From positions 60,794,557-60,849,985 of the forward strand of contig NC_068983.1 of assembly GCF_001194135.2 (NCBI RefSeq): DNA of 55,429 nt. Reading direction: 5' to 3'. The position numbers and the translations under genes were made by a program. The DNA comes from Octopus bimaculoides. Its lineage: Eukaryota. This document shows positions 37,049 through 49,839 of the stretch, one piece after another (the stretch's first letter is position 1; the number at the start of each line of letters is the position of its first letter). A model generated the notes under the pieces. It searched no databases. It saw only the letters and a program-made list of their open reading frames with translations, and was not told the DNA's origin.

Positions 37049-38102
37049 CATAAGGAAAATGGAGCATGCGTACATAGGATAATCTTTTCTACTCTAGGCA
37101 CACGGCCCGAAGCTTCTGAGGAGTAGGAGCCAGTCGATTAGATCAACCCCAGTGCATAACTGGTTCTTATTTAATCGACTATGAAAGGATGAAAGGCAAA
37201 GTCGACTTCGGCGGAATTTGAACTCAGAATGTAAAGACAGACGAAATACTGCAAAGCATTTCGCCCGGCGTGCTAACGTTTCTGCCAGCTCGACGCCTTG
37301 NNNNNNNNNNNNNNNNNNNNNNNNNNNNNNNNNNNNNNNNNNNNNNNNNNNNNNNNNNNNNNNNNNNNNNNNNNNNNNNNNNNNNNNNNNNNNNNNNNNN
37401 NNNNNNNNNNNNNNNNNNNNNNNNNNNNNNTAAAAGCGGTGCTCCGGCTTGGCCACAGTTAAATGACTGAAGCAAGTAAAAGAATAAAAGTATATATATA
37501 TATATATATACATAAGGAAAATGGAGCATGCGTACATAGGATAATCTTTTCTACTCTAGGCACACGGCCCGAAGCTTCTGAGGAGTAGGAGCCAGTCGAT
37601 TAGATCAACCCCAGTGCATAACTGGTTCTTATTTAATCGACTATGAAAGGATGAAAGGCAAAGTCGACTTCGGCGGAATTTGAACTCAGAATGTAAAGAC
37701 AGACGAAATACTGCAAAGCATTTCGCCCGGCGTGCTAACGTTTCTGCCAGCTCGACGCCTTGCCTGTATAGGATAATCAATTTATTTATTATTATAGTCA
37801 ATTCAATTCATAAGCTCCTTGCTTACCAACTACATGGTTCCGGGTTCATTCCCACTGCGTGGCACCTTGGGCAAGTGTCTTCTACTATAGCTTCGGGCCG
37901 AATGGATTTGGTAGACGGAAACTGAAAGAAGCCCGTCGTATATATGTATATGTATATATATATATATGTGTGTGTTTGTGTGTCTATGTTTGTCCCCCCC
38001 AACATCGCTTGACAACCGATGCTGGTGTGTTTACGTCCCCGCAACTTAGCGGTTCGGCAAAGGAGACCGATAGAATAAGTACTAGGCTTACAAAGAATAA
38101 GT
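36850..38102. mobile_element. Cluster of SINE D (+) pieces and two identical SINE A (-) copies around a gap
   Basis: Seen: D 5' half 36850-37006, A about 37075-37300, D tail 37431-37490, A about 37537-37762, D 37812-38102. Confidence 0.8.
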
Positions 38103-38189
38103 CGAAGACGACGTATGTGAGTTCAGCTTTTGAAGTATATGTGCTGTACATTAGCTCACTCCGTCCGCCAAATCGACGTTGCTTGGACA

Positions 38190-38342
38190 GGTGGACCCAG
38201 GTGTACCCCGCGTCAGGTGTCGAAGTGATCGCGGAGTAAAGTAAGGTGAAATGTTTTGCTCAAGAATACAACGCACCACCCGCACTTGGAATTGAAACCG
38301 TGATCTCGCACTCGTGAGTGCAATACCCTAACCGCTAAGCAG
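38190..38342 (-). mobile_element. SINE family C, 5' part
   Basis: Seen on minus: GCTTAGCGGTTAGGGTATTGCACTC...GTTTCAATTCC...TTCTTGAGCAAAACA. Confidence 0.7.
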
Positions 38343-40074
38343 TGTGTCTTCACACGCGTGCGCGCCCACACATGCACACTCATACACACATACATACACA
38401 CACATGTATGTATGTATGTATGTATGTATGTATGTATGTATGTATGTATGTATGTATGTATGGAAGGCTCTGTGTCATTGATAATTAAATGCGTGCGTGT
38501 GTATGTGTGTAGACGATTATCTATAATGTGTATTTTTGTGGGCCTAATTGTTGTTATAAGCCATGAAACATGCACGTTCCACCATGTTTTCGCACGTGAA
38601 TGCGCATACATTCACAGCTTCAAGACGTAATTATCAGATGAGACAAAAACTTGAAATATGAACTTCGAGTGAAGAAGGCGAAACTTTGTGCGTGACGCTG
38701 TTATTTATTTATTTTTCTTTTGAAATTCATGTTGAACTTGATATTTAAAAAAAATTCCCTTCAAATATAAATTGTAATATCATTCCTACCAGTGGTATCG
38801 GAATTATCTCTTCTTCCGATATCGTAACCATGCCGACATTGTAGGTTCATGTAGGTTCGCTGTGAGCATGCGTGTTACTCTATGTATACGTGTATGTTTA
38901 GATTAGCTGGTAAAACATACGCACATACATGCATACATACGTACATTTACACACAATCGTACGTACATACATACATACATACATACATACATACATACAT
39001 ACAGATAAACAAAAAGGCAGACAGACGTATATACATACATTTATGCATACATACATACATACAAACATACATACATTTATGTATGTATGTATGTGTGTGT
39101 ATGTGTACATTTATACTTTATTATACATACACATGTATGCCTTTCACTCTCTCTCTCTCTNNNNNNNNNNNNNNNNNNNNNNNNNNNNNNNNNNNNNNNN
39201 NNNNNNNNNNNNNNNNNNNNNNNNNNNNNNNNNNNNNNNNNNNNNNNNNNNNNNNNNNNNNNNNNNNNNNNNNNNNNNNNNNNNNNNNNNNNNNNNNNNN
39301 NNNNNNNNNNNNNNNNNNNNNNNNNNNNNNNNNNNNNNNNNNNNNNNNNNNNNNNNNNNNNNNNNNNNNNNNNNNNNNNNNNNNNNNNNNNNNNNNNNNN
39401 NNNNNNNNNNNNNNNNNNNNNNNNNNNNNNNNNNNNNNNNNNNNNNNNNNNNNNNNNNNNNNNNNNNNNNNNNNNNNNNNNNNNNNNNNNNNNNNNNNNN
39501 NNNNNNNNNNNNNNNNNNNNNNNNNNNNNNNNNNNNNNNNNNNNNNNNNNNNNNNNNNNNNNNNNNNNNNNNNNNNNNNNNNNNNNNNNNNNNNNNNNNN
39601 NNNNNNNNNNNNNNNNNNNNNNNNNNNNNNNNNNNNNNNNNNNNNNNNNNNNNNNNNNNNNNNNNNNNNNNNNNNNNNNNNNNNNNNNNNNNNNNNNNNN
39701 NNNNNNNNNNNNNNNNNNNNNNNNNNNNNNNNNNNNNNNNNNNNNNNNNNNNNNNNNNNNNNNNNNNNNNNNNNNNNNNNNNNNNNNNNNNNNNNNNNNN
39801 NNNNNNNNNNNNNNNNNNNNNNNNNNNNNNNATATATATATATATATATATACGCACACACGGATACACAATATATGGCGTTGCTATAGAATAGAGTTGA
39901 AAATTATCTAGTGACGCTTCTGGAAAAATAAAAGGCGGGATGGGGGTGAATTTCCTCCGCCATTTTTCGTTATTTTGAGTTTTGATTGGTTTCGTTTGTA
40001 CCGAAAGTTTTTCATGTTAAAGTTTTAAAAAGTTAAGCATATTGTTGGAGAATCTGAAACGTTTGTAAGATAAA

Positions 40075-40520
40075 TTTGGCATAGCTGTGTGCGAAGAAAT
40101 TTGCATTCCAGCTACATGGTTCCGGGTTCAGTAACACTGCGTGGCACTTTGGGCAAGTGTCTTCTGCTATAACCAAACGACTTGTAAGTGGATTTGGTAA
40201 ATGGAAACTGAACGAAGCCTGTCATGTGTATGTGTGTGAGTATGTGTGTGAGAGTGCGCGCTATATATGTGTGTGTATGTGTGTGTGTGTAAGTATGTAT
40301 GTATATATATTCTCTTTTTATTCTTTTACTCTTTTACTTGTTTCAGTCATTTGACTGCGGCCATGCTGGAGCACCGCCTTAAGTCGAGCAAACCGACCCC
40401 AGGATTTATTCTTTGTAAGCCAAGTACTTATTCTATCGGTCTCTTTTGCTGAATCGCTAAGTTACGGGGACGTAAACACACCGGCATCGGTTGTCAAGCG
40501 ATGTTGGGGGGACAAACACA

Positions 40521-40568
<48 letters not shown>

Positions 40569-41405
40569 NNNNNNNNNNNNNNNNNNNNNNNNNNNNNNNN
40601 NNNNNNNNNNNNNNNNNNNNNNNNNNNNNNNNNNNNNNNNNNNNNNNNNNNNNNNNNNNNNNNNNNNNNNNNNNNNNNNNNNNNNNNNNNNNNNNNNNNN
40701 NNNNNNNNNNNNNNNNNNNNNNNNNNNNNNNNNNNNNNNNNNNNNNNNNNNNNNNNNNNNNNNNNNNNNNNNNNNNNNNNNNNNNNNNNNNNNNNNNNNN
40801 NNNNNNNNNNNNNNNNNNNNNNNNNNNNNNNNNNNNNNNNNNNNNNNNNNNNNNNNNNNNNNNNNNNNNNNNNNNNNNNNNNNNNNNNNNNNNNNNNNNN
40901 NNNNNNNNNNNNNNNNNNNNNNNNNNNNNNNNNNNNNNNNNNNNNNNNNNNNNNNNNNNNNNNNNNNNNNNNNNNNNNNNNNNNNNNNNNNNNNNNNNNN
41001 NNNNNNNNNNNNNNNNNNNNNNNNNNNNNNNNNNNNNNNNNNNNNNNNNNNNNNNNNNNNNNNNNNNNNNNNNNNNNNNNNNNNNNNNNNNNNNNNNNNN
41101 NNNNNNNNNNNNNNNNGTGTGTGTGTGTGTCTGTGTGTGTGTGTGTGTGTGTGTGTAAGTGTGTGTGTATGTATGTGTATGTATGTATGCATGTATGTAT
41201 ATGTTTGTCTGTGTTTGTCTCCCGCCGCACCATCGCTTGACAGCCGATATCTGTGTGTTTACGTCCCCGTAACTTAGCGGGTCGGCAAAAGAGACCGATA
41301 GAATAAGTAATAGACTCACAAACAATAAGTCCTGGTGTAGACTTGTTCGACTAAAGGCGGTGCTCCAGCATGGCCGCATTCAATCGACTGAAACAAGTAA
41401 AATTT
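40075..41405. mobile_element. SINE D(-) apparently nested in the internal microsatellite of a SINE D(+)
   Basis: Seen: D(+) 5' half 40075-40225, D(-) 3' half 40315-40530, a gap, then D(+) 3' half 41200-41405. Confidence 0.65.
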
Positions 41406-41764
41406 TTAAAAGAATAATAAGAGAATAACTGAATATATTTCAGCTGTTTACAAACACAAAATGTTGTTTATCGAACAAACGGTGAAGTTCGTTTTTTCTT
41501 CTAAACATCCGTAACAATGTTTTGCTTACACTTTTAAATGTTCATGGGAAGGGAAATGGGATTTATTTTTTTCTTCTTAATGCCTTAACTCATTTCAATA
41601 ATTCTTTAAATATCATTTTCTTTTGTTTCGATAACATATCAAGTTCGTGACACACCGCTCCCTCTACTTCCGGTTATTGTTGCTGTTCCAGTCACACAAA
41701 GCAACCGAGACGGAAATGATTCGAATATTGCAACAGACTATAATGTTGGAGAAATTGCTTTTAC

Positions 41765-41822
41765 AGCAGCAGCAGCAGCAGCAGTAGTGATAGTAGTAGT
41801 AGTAGTAGTAGTAGTGATAGTT

Positions 41823-41853
<31 letters not shown>

Positions 41854-41930
41854 TAATAGTAGTAGTAATAGTAGTAGCAGCAACACCGTCAGCTGTAGCA
41901 GCAGCGGTAGTAGTAATGTGGCAACAGCAG
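41765..41930. repeat. Compound (AGC)n/(AGT)n trinucleotide repeat
   Basis: Seen directly. Confidence 0.9.
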
Positions 41931-41967
41931 CGTTAGTGCACCGGTTAAGACAATAATAATAATAATA

Positions 41968-42191
41968 ATAATCTTTTCTACTCTAGACACAAGGCCCGAA
42001 ATTTTGGGGGAGTTGGGGGGGCAATCGATTAGATCGACACCACTACGCAACTGGTACTTAATTGATCGACCCCCGAAAGGATAAGAGGCAAAGTCAACCT
42101 CGGTGGAATTTGAACTCAGAACATAAAGACAGACGGAATACAGCTAAACATTTCGCCTGGCGTGCTAACGTTTCTGCCAGCTCGCCGCCTT
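41968..42191 (-). mobile_element. SINE A flanked by (AAT)n on both sides
   Basis: Seen: AAT tracts at 41952-41972 and 42191-42207. Confidence 0.85.
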
Positions 42192-42572
42192 AATAATAAT
42201 AATAATANNNNNNNNNNNNNNNNNNNNNNNNNNNNNNNNNNNNNNNNNNNNNNNNNNNNNNNNNNNNNNNNNNNNNNNNNNNNNNNNNNNNNNNNNNNNN
42301 NNNNNNNNNNNNNNNNNNNNNNNNNNNNNNNNNNNNNNNNNNNNNNNNNNNNNNNNNNNNNNNNNNNNNNNNNNNNNNNNNNNNNNNNNNNNNNNNNNNN
42401 NNNNNNNNNNNNNNNNNNNNNNNNNNNNNNNNNNNNNNNNNNNNNNNNNNNNNNNNNNNNNNNNNNNNNNNNNNNNNNNNNNNNNNNNNNNNNNNNNNNN
42501 NNNNNNNNNNNNNNNNNNNNNNNNNNNNNNNNNNNNNNNNNNNNNNNNNNNNNNNNNNNNNNNNNNNNNNNN

Positions 42573-43081
42573 GTGGTTAGGGCAGCGGACTCGCGGTCAT
42601 AGGATCACGGTTTCGATTCCCAGACCGGGTGTTGTGAGTGTTTATTGAGCGAAAACACCTAAAGCTCCACGAGGCTCCGGCAGGGGATGGTGGCGAACCC
42701 GGCTGTACTCTCTCACCACAACTTTCTCTCACTCTTACTTCCTATTTCTGTTGTGCCTGTAATTCAAAAGGCCAGCCTTGTCACACTGTGTCACGCTGAA
42801 TATCCCCGAGAACTACGTTAAGGGTACACGTGTCTGTGGAGTGCTCAGCCACTTGCACGTTAATTTCACGAGCAGGCTGTTCTGTAGAGTGGATCAACTG
42901 GAACCCTCGTCGTCGTAAGCGACGGAGTGCAGTAGTAATTTTATCGATCTCCGAAGGATGAAAGGCAAAGTCGACCTCAGCAAGATTTCAACTCAGAATG
43001 TAAAGACGGACGAAATACCGCTAAGCATTTCGTCCGGTATACTAACGATTCTACCAGCTCGCCATCTTTCCATCATCGTCG

Positions 43082-43162
<81 letters not shown>

Positions 43163-43570
43163 CCATCACCATAATAATAATAATAATAATCCTTTGTATT
43201 ACAGGCGGCGAGCTGGCAGAATCGTTAGCACGCCGAGCGAAATGCTTTAGCGGTATTTCGTATGCCGTTACGTTCTGAGTTCAAATTACGCCGAGGTCGA
43301 CTTTGCTTTTCATCCTTTCGGAGTCGATTGAGTGAGTACCAGTTACGCAGTGAGCTCGATGTAATCGACTTACTCCCTTTGTCTGTCCTTGTTTGTCCCC
43401 TCTATGTTTAGCCCCTCTGTAGGCAATATAGAAATAAATAATCCTTTTTACTAAAGGCACAAGGCCTGAAATTTGATGGGAGGGCTTAAGTCGATTTCAT
43501 CGACGCCAGTACTCCACTGGTACTTAATTTATTATCCCCGAAAGGATAAAAGGTTAAGTTGACCTCGGCG
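42573..43570. mobile_element. SINE pile-up: B(+) 42573-42930, A(-) 42935-43065, (ATC)n, A2(+) 43203-43435, A(-) 43440-43570
   Basis: Seen by homology to the other copies. Confidence 0.8.
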
Positions 43571-44242
43571 NNNNNNNNNNNNNNNNNNNNNNNNNNNNNN
43601 NNNNNNNNNNNNNNNNNNNNNNNNNNNNNNNNNNNNNNNNNNNNNNNNNNNNNNNNNNNNNNNNNNNNNNNNNNNNNNNNNNNNNNNNNNNNNNNNNNNN
43701 NNNNNNNNNNNNNNNNNNNNNNNNNNNNNNNNNNNNNNNNNNNNNNNNNNNNNNNNNNNNNNNNNNNNNNNNNNNNNNNNNNNNNNNNNNNNNNNNNNNN
43801 NNNNNNNNNNNNNNNNNNNNNNNNNNNNNNNNNNNNNNNNNNNNNNNNNNNNNNNNNNNNNNNNNNNNNNNNNNNNNNNNNNNNNNNNNNNNNNNNNNNN
43901 NNNNNNNNNNNNNNNNNNNNNNNNNNNNNNNNNNNNNNNNNNNNNNNNNNNNNNNNNNNNNNNNNNNNNNNNNNNNNNNNNNNNNNNNNNNNNNNNNNCC
44001 CCCCCCCCCAAAAAAAATATTTTAGGCCTTGTACTTTTAGTAGAAAGGATTATTACAAGTTAGTGCCCGTCCAGAATATTCTGAAGCACCCCCAGGCACG
44101 AAAGTCTGGCGATGGGCCTGCTTCTACTATAGCCCCAGATCGACCGATGCCTTGCGAGAAAATTTGGTAGACAAAATCTGTGCAAACCCATCGTACACAC
44201 ACACACACACACACATACACACACATGAATATATACATAGTA

Positions 44243-44494
44243 GAGGCACAACGCTTAGTGGTTAGGAGTGTTAGACTCATGATCGTAAGACTGTGGTTCC
44301 GATACCGGGACCGGGCGACGCGTTGTGTTCCTGAGCAAAACACTTCATTTCACACTTGCTCCACTCCAATTAGCTGGCAAAAATGAGTAATCCTGCGACA
44401 GACCGGCGTCCCGTCAAGGCGGGGAATATGTACGCCATTGAAATCAGGAAACCGGCTCTCATGAGCCTGGCATGGCTCGAGAAGGAAACATTTA
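44243..44494 (+). mobile_element. SINE family C, full length
   Basis: Seen: tRNA-like head, CCTGAGCAAAACACTTCATTTCAC core, AATCCTGCGACAGACCGGCGTCCCGTC, tail GAGAAGGAAACATTTA. Confidence 0.8.
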
Positions 44495-44544
44495 TTTATT
44501 ATTATTATATGCATACACGCGCGCGCGCGCAAAAACACACACTG

Positions 44545-44828
44545 TGCACAGTTGAGGAAATTATCTGCCCAACGGATGTTAACATAATGCTGAAGATCAG
44601 TGAAAAAGAGAACATCTATGCTGAATTATTGAGAAATCTGCAGTTACTCTATCCAGATTACAAGTTCAGGTTTATACCTGTAATTATTGGGGCCCTGGGA
44701 TATGTAATATACTGCCTAAATACCAATCTTGAGAAATTAGGCTACTCAAAACCAGAAAGGAGAAAGCTAATTCGAAGACTACAGATCCAATCCATCACTG
44801 GAACTGTAATAATCTGTAAAACTTTCCA
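44545..44828 (+). pseudogene. RLE-type LINE C-terminal fragment (R4/Dong-like, divergent family)
   Basis: Seen: EIICPTDVNI..K..EKENIYAELLRN...FIPVIIGALG...IQSITGTVIICKTF. Confidence 0.7.
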
Positions 44829-45423
44829 TCGAGTGACCATTGGTTTCGGTAAAACAATAGCCTTTCTGTGAGTGACAGCAGTTACATTTGCCAGATGCCT
44901 TCGCTAAGCAAAATTGTCTTTGTCACTTGACCCTTCTAACCTCTTCTAGGCCACCAAAAGCTAGAATACAGATAATAGACCGCCAACGAAATCTATTGTT
45001 CTCAACAATATATCTATCTGGTTTTGGATAGTTATAAAAACAAGAACTCCTGGCTGACCGGCTGAACAAAACGCCGTCTCTAAAGAAAAAAAGGCACAAG
45101 GGGACAACTATGGTAACTCACCAATGAAGCAGTTGTTTCGTCCCACCACTCACACTTTCACTAATTTACGTTATTTTCTCTGTAACATTACCATATTTCT
45201 CTATATATATACTGCTATGAAGCCGTGTACACACACATATACAGGCCGAAATTAACTTTCTTTACCTTGCATGCTTTACGAACTGTGTTATGCTATTACA
45301 CTAGCCTATCCGTCGTGGTATGGCCTATATTAAAGTAACGATATACAAATATTTCTTTACAACTTCGATCACTGTTCTTCTTTCACATCTTACAACATGC
45401 TGTTGCAATAAAACTTTGCCGTT

Positions 45424-45486
<63 letters not shown>

Positions 45487-46250
45487 NNNNNNNNNNNNNN
45501 NNNNNNNNNNNNNNNNNNNNNNNNNNNNNNNNNNNNNNNNNNNNNNNNNNNNNNNNNNNNNNNNNNNNNNNNNNNNNNNNNNNNNNNNNNNNNNNNNNNN
45601 NNNNNNNNNNNNNNNNNNNNNNNNNNNNNNNNNNNNNNNNNNNNNNNNNNNNNNNNNNNNNNNNNNNNNNNNNNNNNNNNNNNNNNNNNNNNNNNNNNNN
45701 NNNNNNNNNNNNNNNNNNNNNNNNNNNNNNNNNNNNNNNNNNNNNNNNNNNNNNNNNNNNNNNNNNNNNNNNNNNNNNNNNNNNNNNNNNNNNNNNNNNN
45801 NNNNNNNNNNNNNNNNNNNNNNNNNNNNNNNNNNNNNNNNNNNNNNNGGGGACAAGGGCTTATTGTGTGCGTCTCCGCGCGTGCATGTGCGTGTGATTGC
45901 GTGTGTGTGTGTGTGTGTGTGCAAGAAAGTCGAAATATGTAATCATCTGTGAGAATCCTGTAAATCGTGTTTTCGAATATAAATAATTTGTAGTATTTGT
46001 TCCCAAGGAATCGTACAGAGATTCCTTTCTCAATTTCACTATCTTTAAATGCAGTGAACCACAAATTAGCCCATTGAAATCTGCATTCAGCAAAGCTCTT
46101 GTTAATAAACAATCCGATGCTGGAGTATGTGTGAGTGTGTATGTGGGTGTTTGTAAGACATATATGTATATATACGCAAAAATACATTTACTCCCATACA
46201 CAAGCATATAAATACATATATAGATGAATAGACACACAACTGTTACACAT

Positions 46251-46281
<31 letters not shown>

Positions 46282-46349
46282 AATAAATAATATATAAATA
46301 TATGCATATATACATACATATATGTACATACCTACATACATATGTATAT

Positions 46350-46690
46350 ATAGATGCATATATGGGTACAGGACATCAAAAGAACGTAGACAAAATGAGA
46401 AACGAGAACATAAAAATCAAAAGCATGGAAAACGAACTTTTTTTCGAACGAAAGAAACAAACAAACAGAGAAACGAGACATGCAACATAAAGAATATTCC
46501 CTTCATTAGTTGTCCCCTGTTTTATCTACTCCGTGTTTCGAAGGTAGGGACAAGACGTGACTTCGTTAAAACAGTCCCTCCCGCAAAGCAAATTAAATAA
46601 CATTTGGCATTTTTTTGCGGAGGGTTAAAGTGGTAACAAAAACAGGACAATAAGAACAAAACATGGTCTGATCAATAAGTATTAGGACTG
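46350..46690 (+). mobile_element. Unclassified (TA)n-embedded dispersed repeat (possible PLE terminal repeat)
   Basis: Seen: it starts TATGGGTACAGGAC...GACAAAATGA, and a related end occurs on minus at 32310-32390 (CTGGGTACATGAC...GACAAAATGATAAAC). Confidence 0.45.
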
Positions 46691-46699
46691 TTGCCATAG

Positions 46700-46950
46700 T
46701 AACGAAGTTAAAGCACACAGAGTGAAGCCACTTGGCACAGATTGACCTTGAGTTCTGTTGTGCATGTGCACTGAGTTTTAACGTTCTAGCTCACTTCCTC
46801 TGCTTAAAGCAGTGCTTAGAAGGGATGTGTGTAGCGTGTGATCATCGTATTAACCGTGACAGAAAGTTGAGCAGAGAATCTACATCAAATTTTGCCAAAA
46901 GCTTGGCGATACTTACTCAGAAGCCTACGCAAAGTTTCCCAAAAAGTTTT
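46700..46950 (+). pseudogene. mariner transposase N-terminal remnant
   Basis: Seen: KVEQRIYIKFCQKLGDTYSEAYAK (46863-46934), matching the mariner EQR--IKFC-KLG motif. Confidence 0.7.
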
Positions 46951-46984
46951 CGTCTTTCTCGACACAATCAAGATCTTGTGCAAG

Positions 46985-47342
46985 ATCAACACCAGTACGC
47001 AACTGGTACTTAATTTATCGACACCGAAAGGATAAGAGGCAAAGTCAACCTCGGCGGAATTTGAACTCAGAACGTAAATACAGACGAAATACCGCTAAGC
47101 ATTTCGCTCGTCGTGCTAATGTTTCTTATTTCATTATTGCCCATAAGGGGCTAAACATGGAGGGGACAAACAAGGACAGACAAAGGGAGTAAGTCGATTA
47201 CATCGACCCCAGTGCGTAACTGGTACTTAATTTATCGACCCCGAAAGGATGAAAGGCAAAGTCGACCTCGGCGGAGTTTGAACTCAGAACATAACGGTAG
47301 ACGAAATACCAGCGTGCTAACGTTTCTGCCAGCTCGCCGCCT
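46985..47342 (-). mobile_element. Dimeric SINE A (A2-A1)
   Basis: Seen: same architecture and junction as 11933-12307. Confidence 0.8.
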
Positions 47343-47688
47343 AATATACACCCAACTGTAATAATCAGCTAACTGCTTGGTAAGATATATTGCTATTTTT
47401 GTGACGGCGGGAAACTCTTTGTTGTCGCCCGAGACAAGAAAATCACTGAAATTACTCTAGTTCAGTGGTTTGTTAGAAATGTCATTTGAATAGTTTTGTA
47501 TTTGGTTCTCAGGTTTGTTCCTAATTTAAGCGGTGAGTCTTTGAAGCTAATAAACATTCAGAGGCAGCTGAACTTGTATGCATACGGGAATACTCGACCA
47601 CTGTGACACGTAATCACACAGACACACAGATATTAATGCACACACACGCACGAACGCACGTACACACGCACGCGCACGTACGAGCGCG

Positions 47689-47735
<47 letters not shown>

Positions 47736-48126
47736 NNNNNNNNNNNNNNNNNNNNNNNNNNNNNNNNNNNNNNNNNNNNNNNNNNNNNNNNNNNNNNNNN
47801 NNNNNNNNNNNNNNNNNNNNNNNNNNNNNNNNNNNNNNNNNNNNNNNNNNNNNNNNNNNNNNNNNNNNNNNNNNNNNNNNNNNNNNNNNNNNNNNNNNNN
47901 NNNNNNNNNNNNNNNNNNNNNNNNNNNNNNNNNNNNNNNNNNNNNNNNNNNNNNNNNNNNNNNNNNNNNNNNNNNNNNNNNNNNNNNNNNNNNNNNNNNN
48001 NNNNNNNNNNNNNNNNNNNNNNNNNNNNNNNNNNNNNNNNNNNNNNNNNNNNNNNNNNNNNNNNNNNNNNNNNNNNNNNNNNNNNNNNNNNNNNNNNNNN
48101 NNNNNNNNNNNNNNNNNNNNNNNNNN

Positions 48127-48380
48127 GGATTTTGTCGACAGAAACTGAAAGAAGCCAGTCGTATGTATATATGTATATATGTGTGTGTGTGTGTGTGTGT
48201 GTCAGTGTATATGTTTATGTGTCTATGTTTGTCCCCAACATCGCTTGACAACCGATGTTGGAGTGTTTACGTCCCCGTAATTTAGCGGTTCGGCAAAATA
48301 GACCGATAGATTAGGTACGAGGCTTACAAAGAATACGTCGTGGGGTCGATTTGTTCGACTAAATCCGGTGCTCCATTTAT
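48127..48380 (+). mobile_element. SINE D (head in gap)
   Basis: Seen by homology to the other D copies. Confidence 0.8.
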
Positions 48381-48465
48381 AGATTTACTGTCAGTTGACT
48401 TTTGGCCAACCATGTATATAAACGCACGTACACACGCACAGACACATACACATGCACGCACACGC

Positions 48466-48517
<52 letters not shown>

Positions 48518-48929
48518 ATACACATACACACATATTGTAAATGTAATGAACAAAAACAAGAAGAAAACAGAAAACAGAGGTGGGACAAGTTTTAATAAAT
48601 ATTGTATTAGTTTTAATGCTTAAAACAAGGAAGGGTCAGAGCTCTAAAGTTTCGGATATTCCTGTTATATGTTTGTTTGTTTACATTGGTTTATTTTCAC
48701 ACGGTTTTTATCTGGGTCAAACAAATCGTTTTTATTTACATTCTGTTGTTTAGAAATGTTACTTCATTATTTCGTTGCTTCCGATTCACTTTTTTCTTCT
48801 TCTTTAATTATACTTTCATTTCACTACTAGCATAGTCATGTAGACCAAATAAAGTTAGTGTAAGTGCTAAAGTATCATCAGTATTAGCTTTACTTTTCAT
48901 ATTTCGCTAAATGATAATGTTTTATGTCA

Positions 48930-49500
48930 AACAATACACGAACAAGATGGTCGTCTGCTCTAGAAATGAAAAGTTAAATATTAAATCAATATGAAAACGG
49001 AAAGAGTTCAACAGAAATGGTGAATTAGTTTGATATAAATAAAATGATAGAACAATTTGAAGAATCAAAGCTAGTCTAAAAGCAAGAATTTCAATAATCT
49101 TAAAATACGCATACGTAATGACATAATAAAATGGGGGCAAAAAAGGCTCTATTTTGGACAGAAGATAAAACCTAAACAGCATTACCGGCACACGTTTCTG
49201 TTTTACGATAATGAGTAATATGAATTAAAATCAAGCATCTGAACAACAGCAACAAGTATTTTGGGGCAGTAAAGGCTGATTTTGAAAAAAAAATTAGTTT
49301 GAACTCTTCAACTTTCAAAATTCTATGGCGGAAATTAAATACGTGATAGGAAAACTGCACAAGAAGTTTAAAAACGAACTCAACTAATGGGTTTTTGTTC
49401 TCTAGAACAAATATGTAATGCTGATAAAATTGCTCTTTTCTATTAGAAAATGCCAAACAGGACTTTTATATCAAGAACGGAAAAAATGTTGGGGACGGTT
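48930..49500 (+). pseudogene. pogo/Tigger transposase remnant
   Basis: Seen: LEMK..ILNQYENGKS (CENP-B-like HTH), FWGSKG*F, and LEQICNADKIALFY*KMPNRTFISRTEK (first catalytic Asp block NADETGL). Confidence 0.7.
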
Positions 49501-49760
49501 ATCGGAAACAAAACACTTGTAGATTGAATCATATTATTGTTATGGAGTGATGTATCTGATGACCGTTTGCGAAAGGGAAATAGTAACAAATATAATCATC
49601 AATGGTATTTATACTGGTATATGTCACGCACATACACGTACACCCCCCCCCACACACACACACATGCATTGTCATATAAGAATTGTATTTTTATCATCAT
49701 TTTTACAATTGTTTATATTTTGTTTGTATTTTTTTAAATTATACATAATAATCACTAAAA

Positions 49761-49835
49761 CCGGTATCCCTCGATTTACACGATTTCGATTTGCCTGGCG
49801 AATACTAAATTACCGTGTAAATAGAAAGACAACTG
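49761..49835. mobile_element. Tiny Tigger-like MITE / paired TIRs
   Basis: Seen: CCGGTATCCCTCGATTTACACG ... CGTGTAAATAGAAAGACAACTG, an imperfect inverted repeat. Confidence 0.5.
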
Positions 49836-49839
49836 CGAA

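Noticed and set aside
37049-37762. Identical 252-bp duplication including a SINE A
   Set aside because: It is 100% identical, lies either side of a gap and both copies start in (TA)n. An assembly artefact is more likely than a tandem duplication.
46490-46545. Permuted hammerhead-like pieces on minus (CCTTC-GAAAC-ACGGA-GTA ... CTAATGA-AGGG)
   Set aside because: No stem I pairing is possible and the core is mutated.
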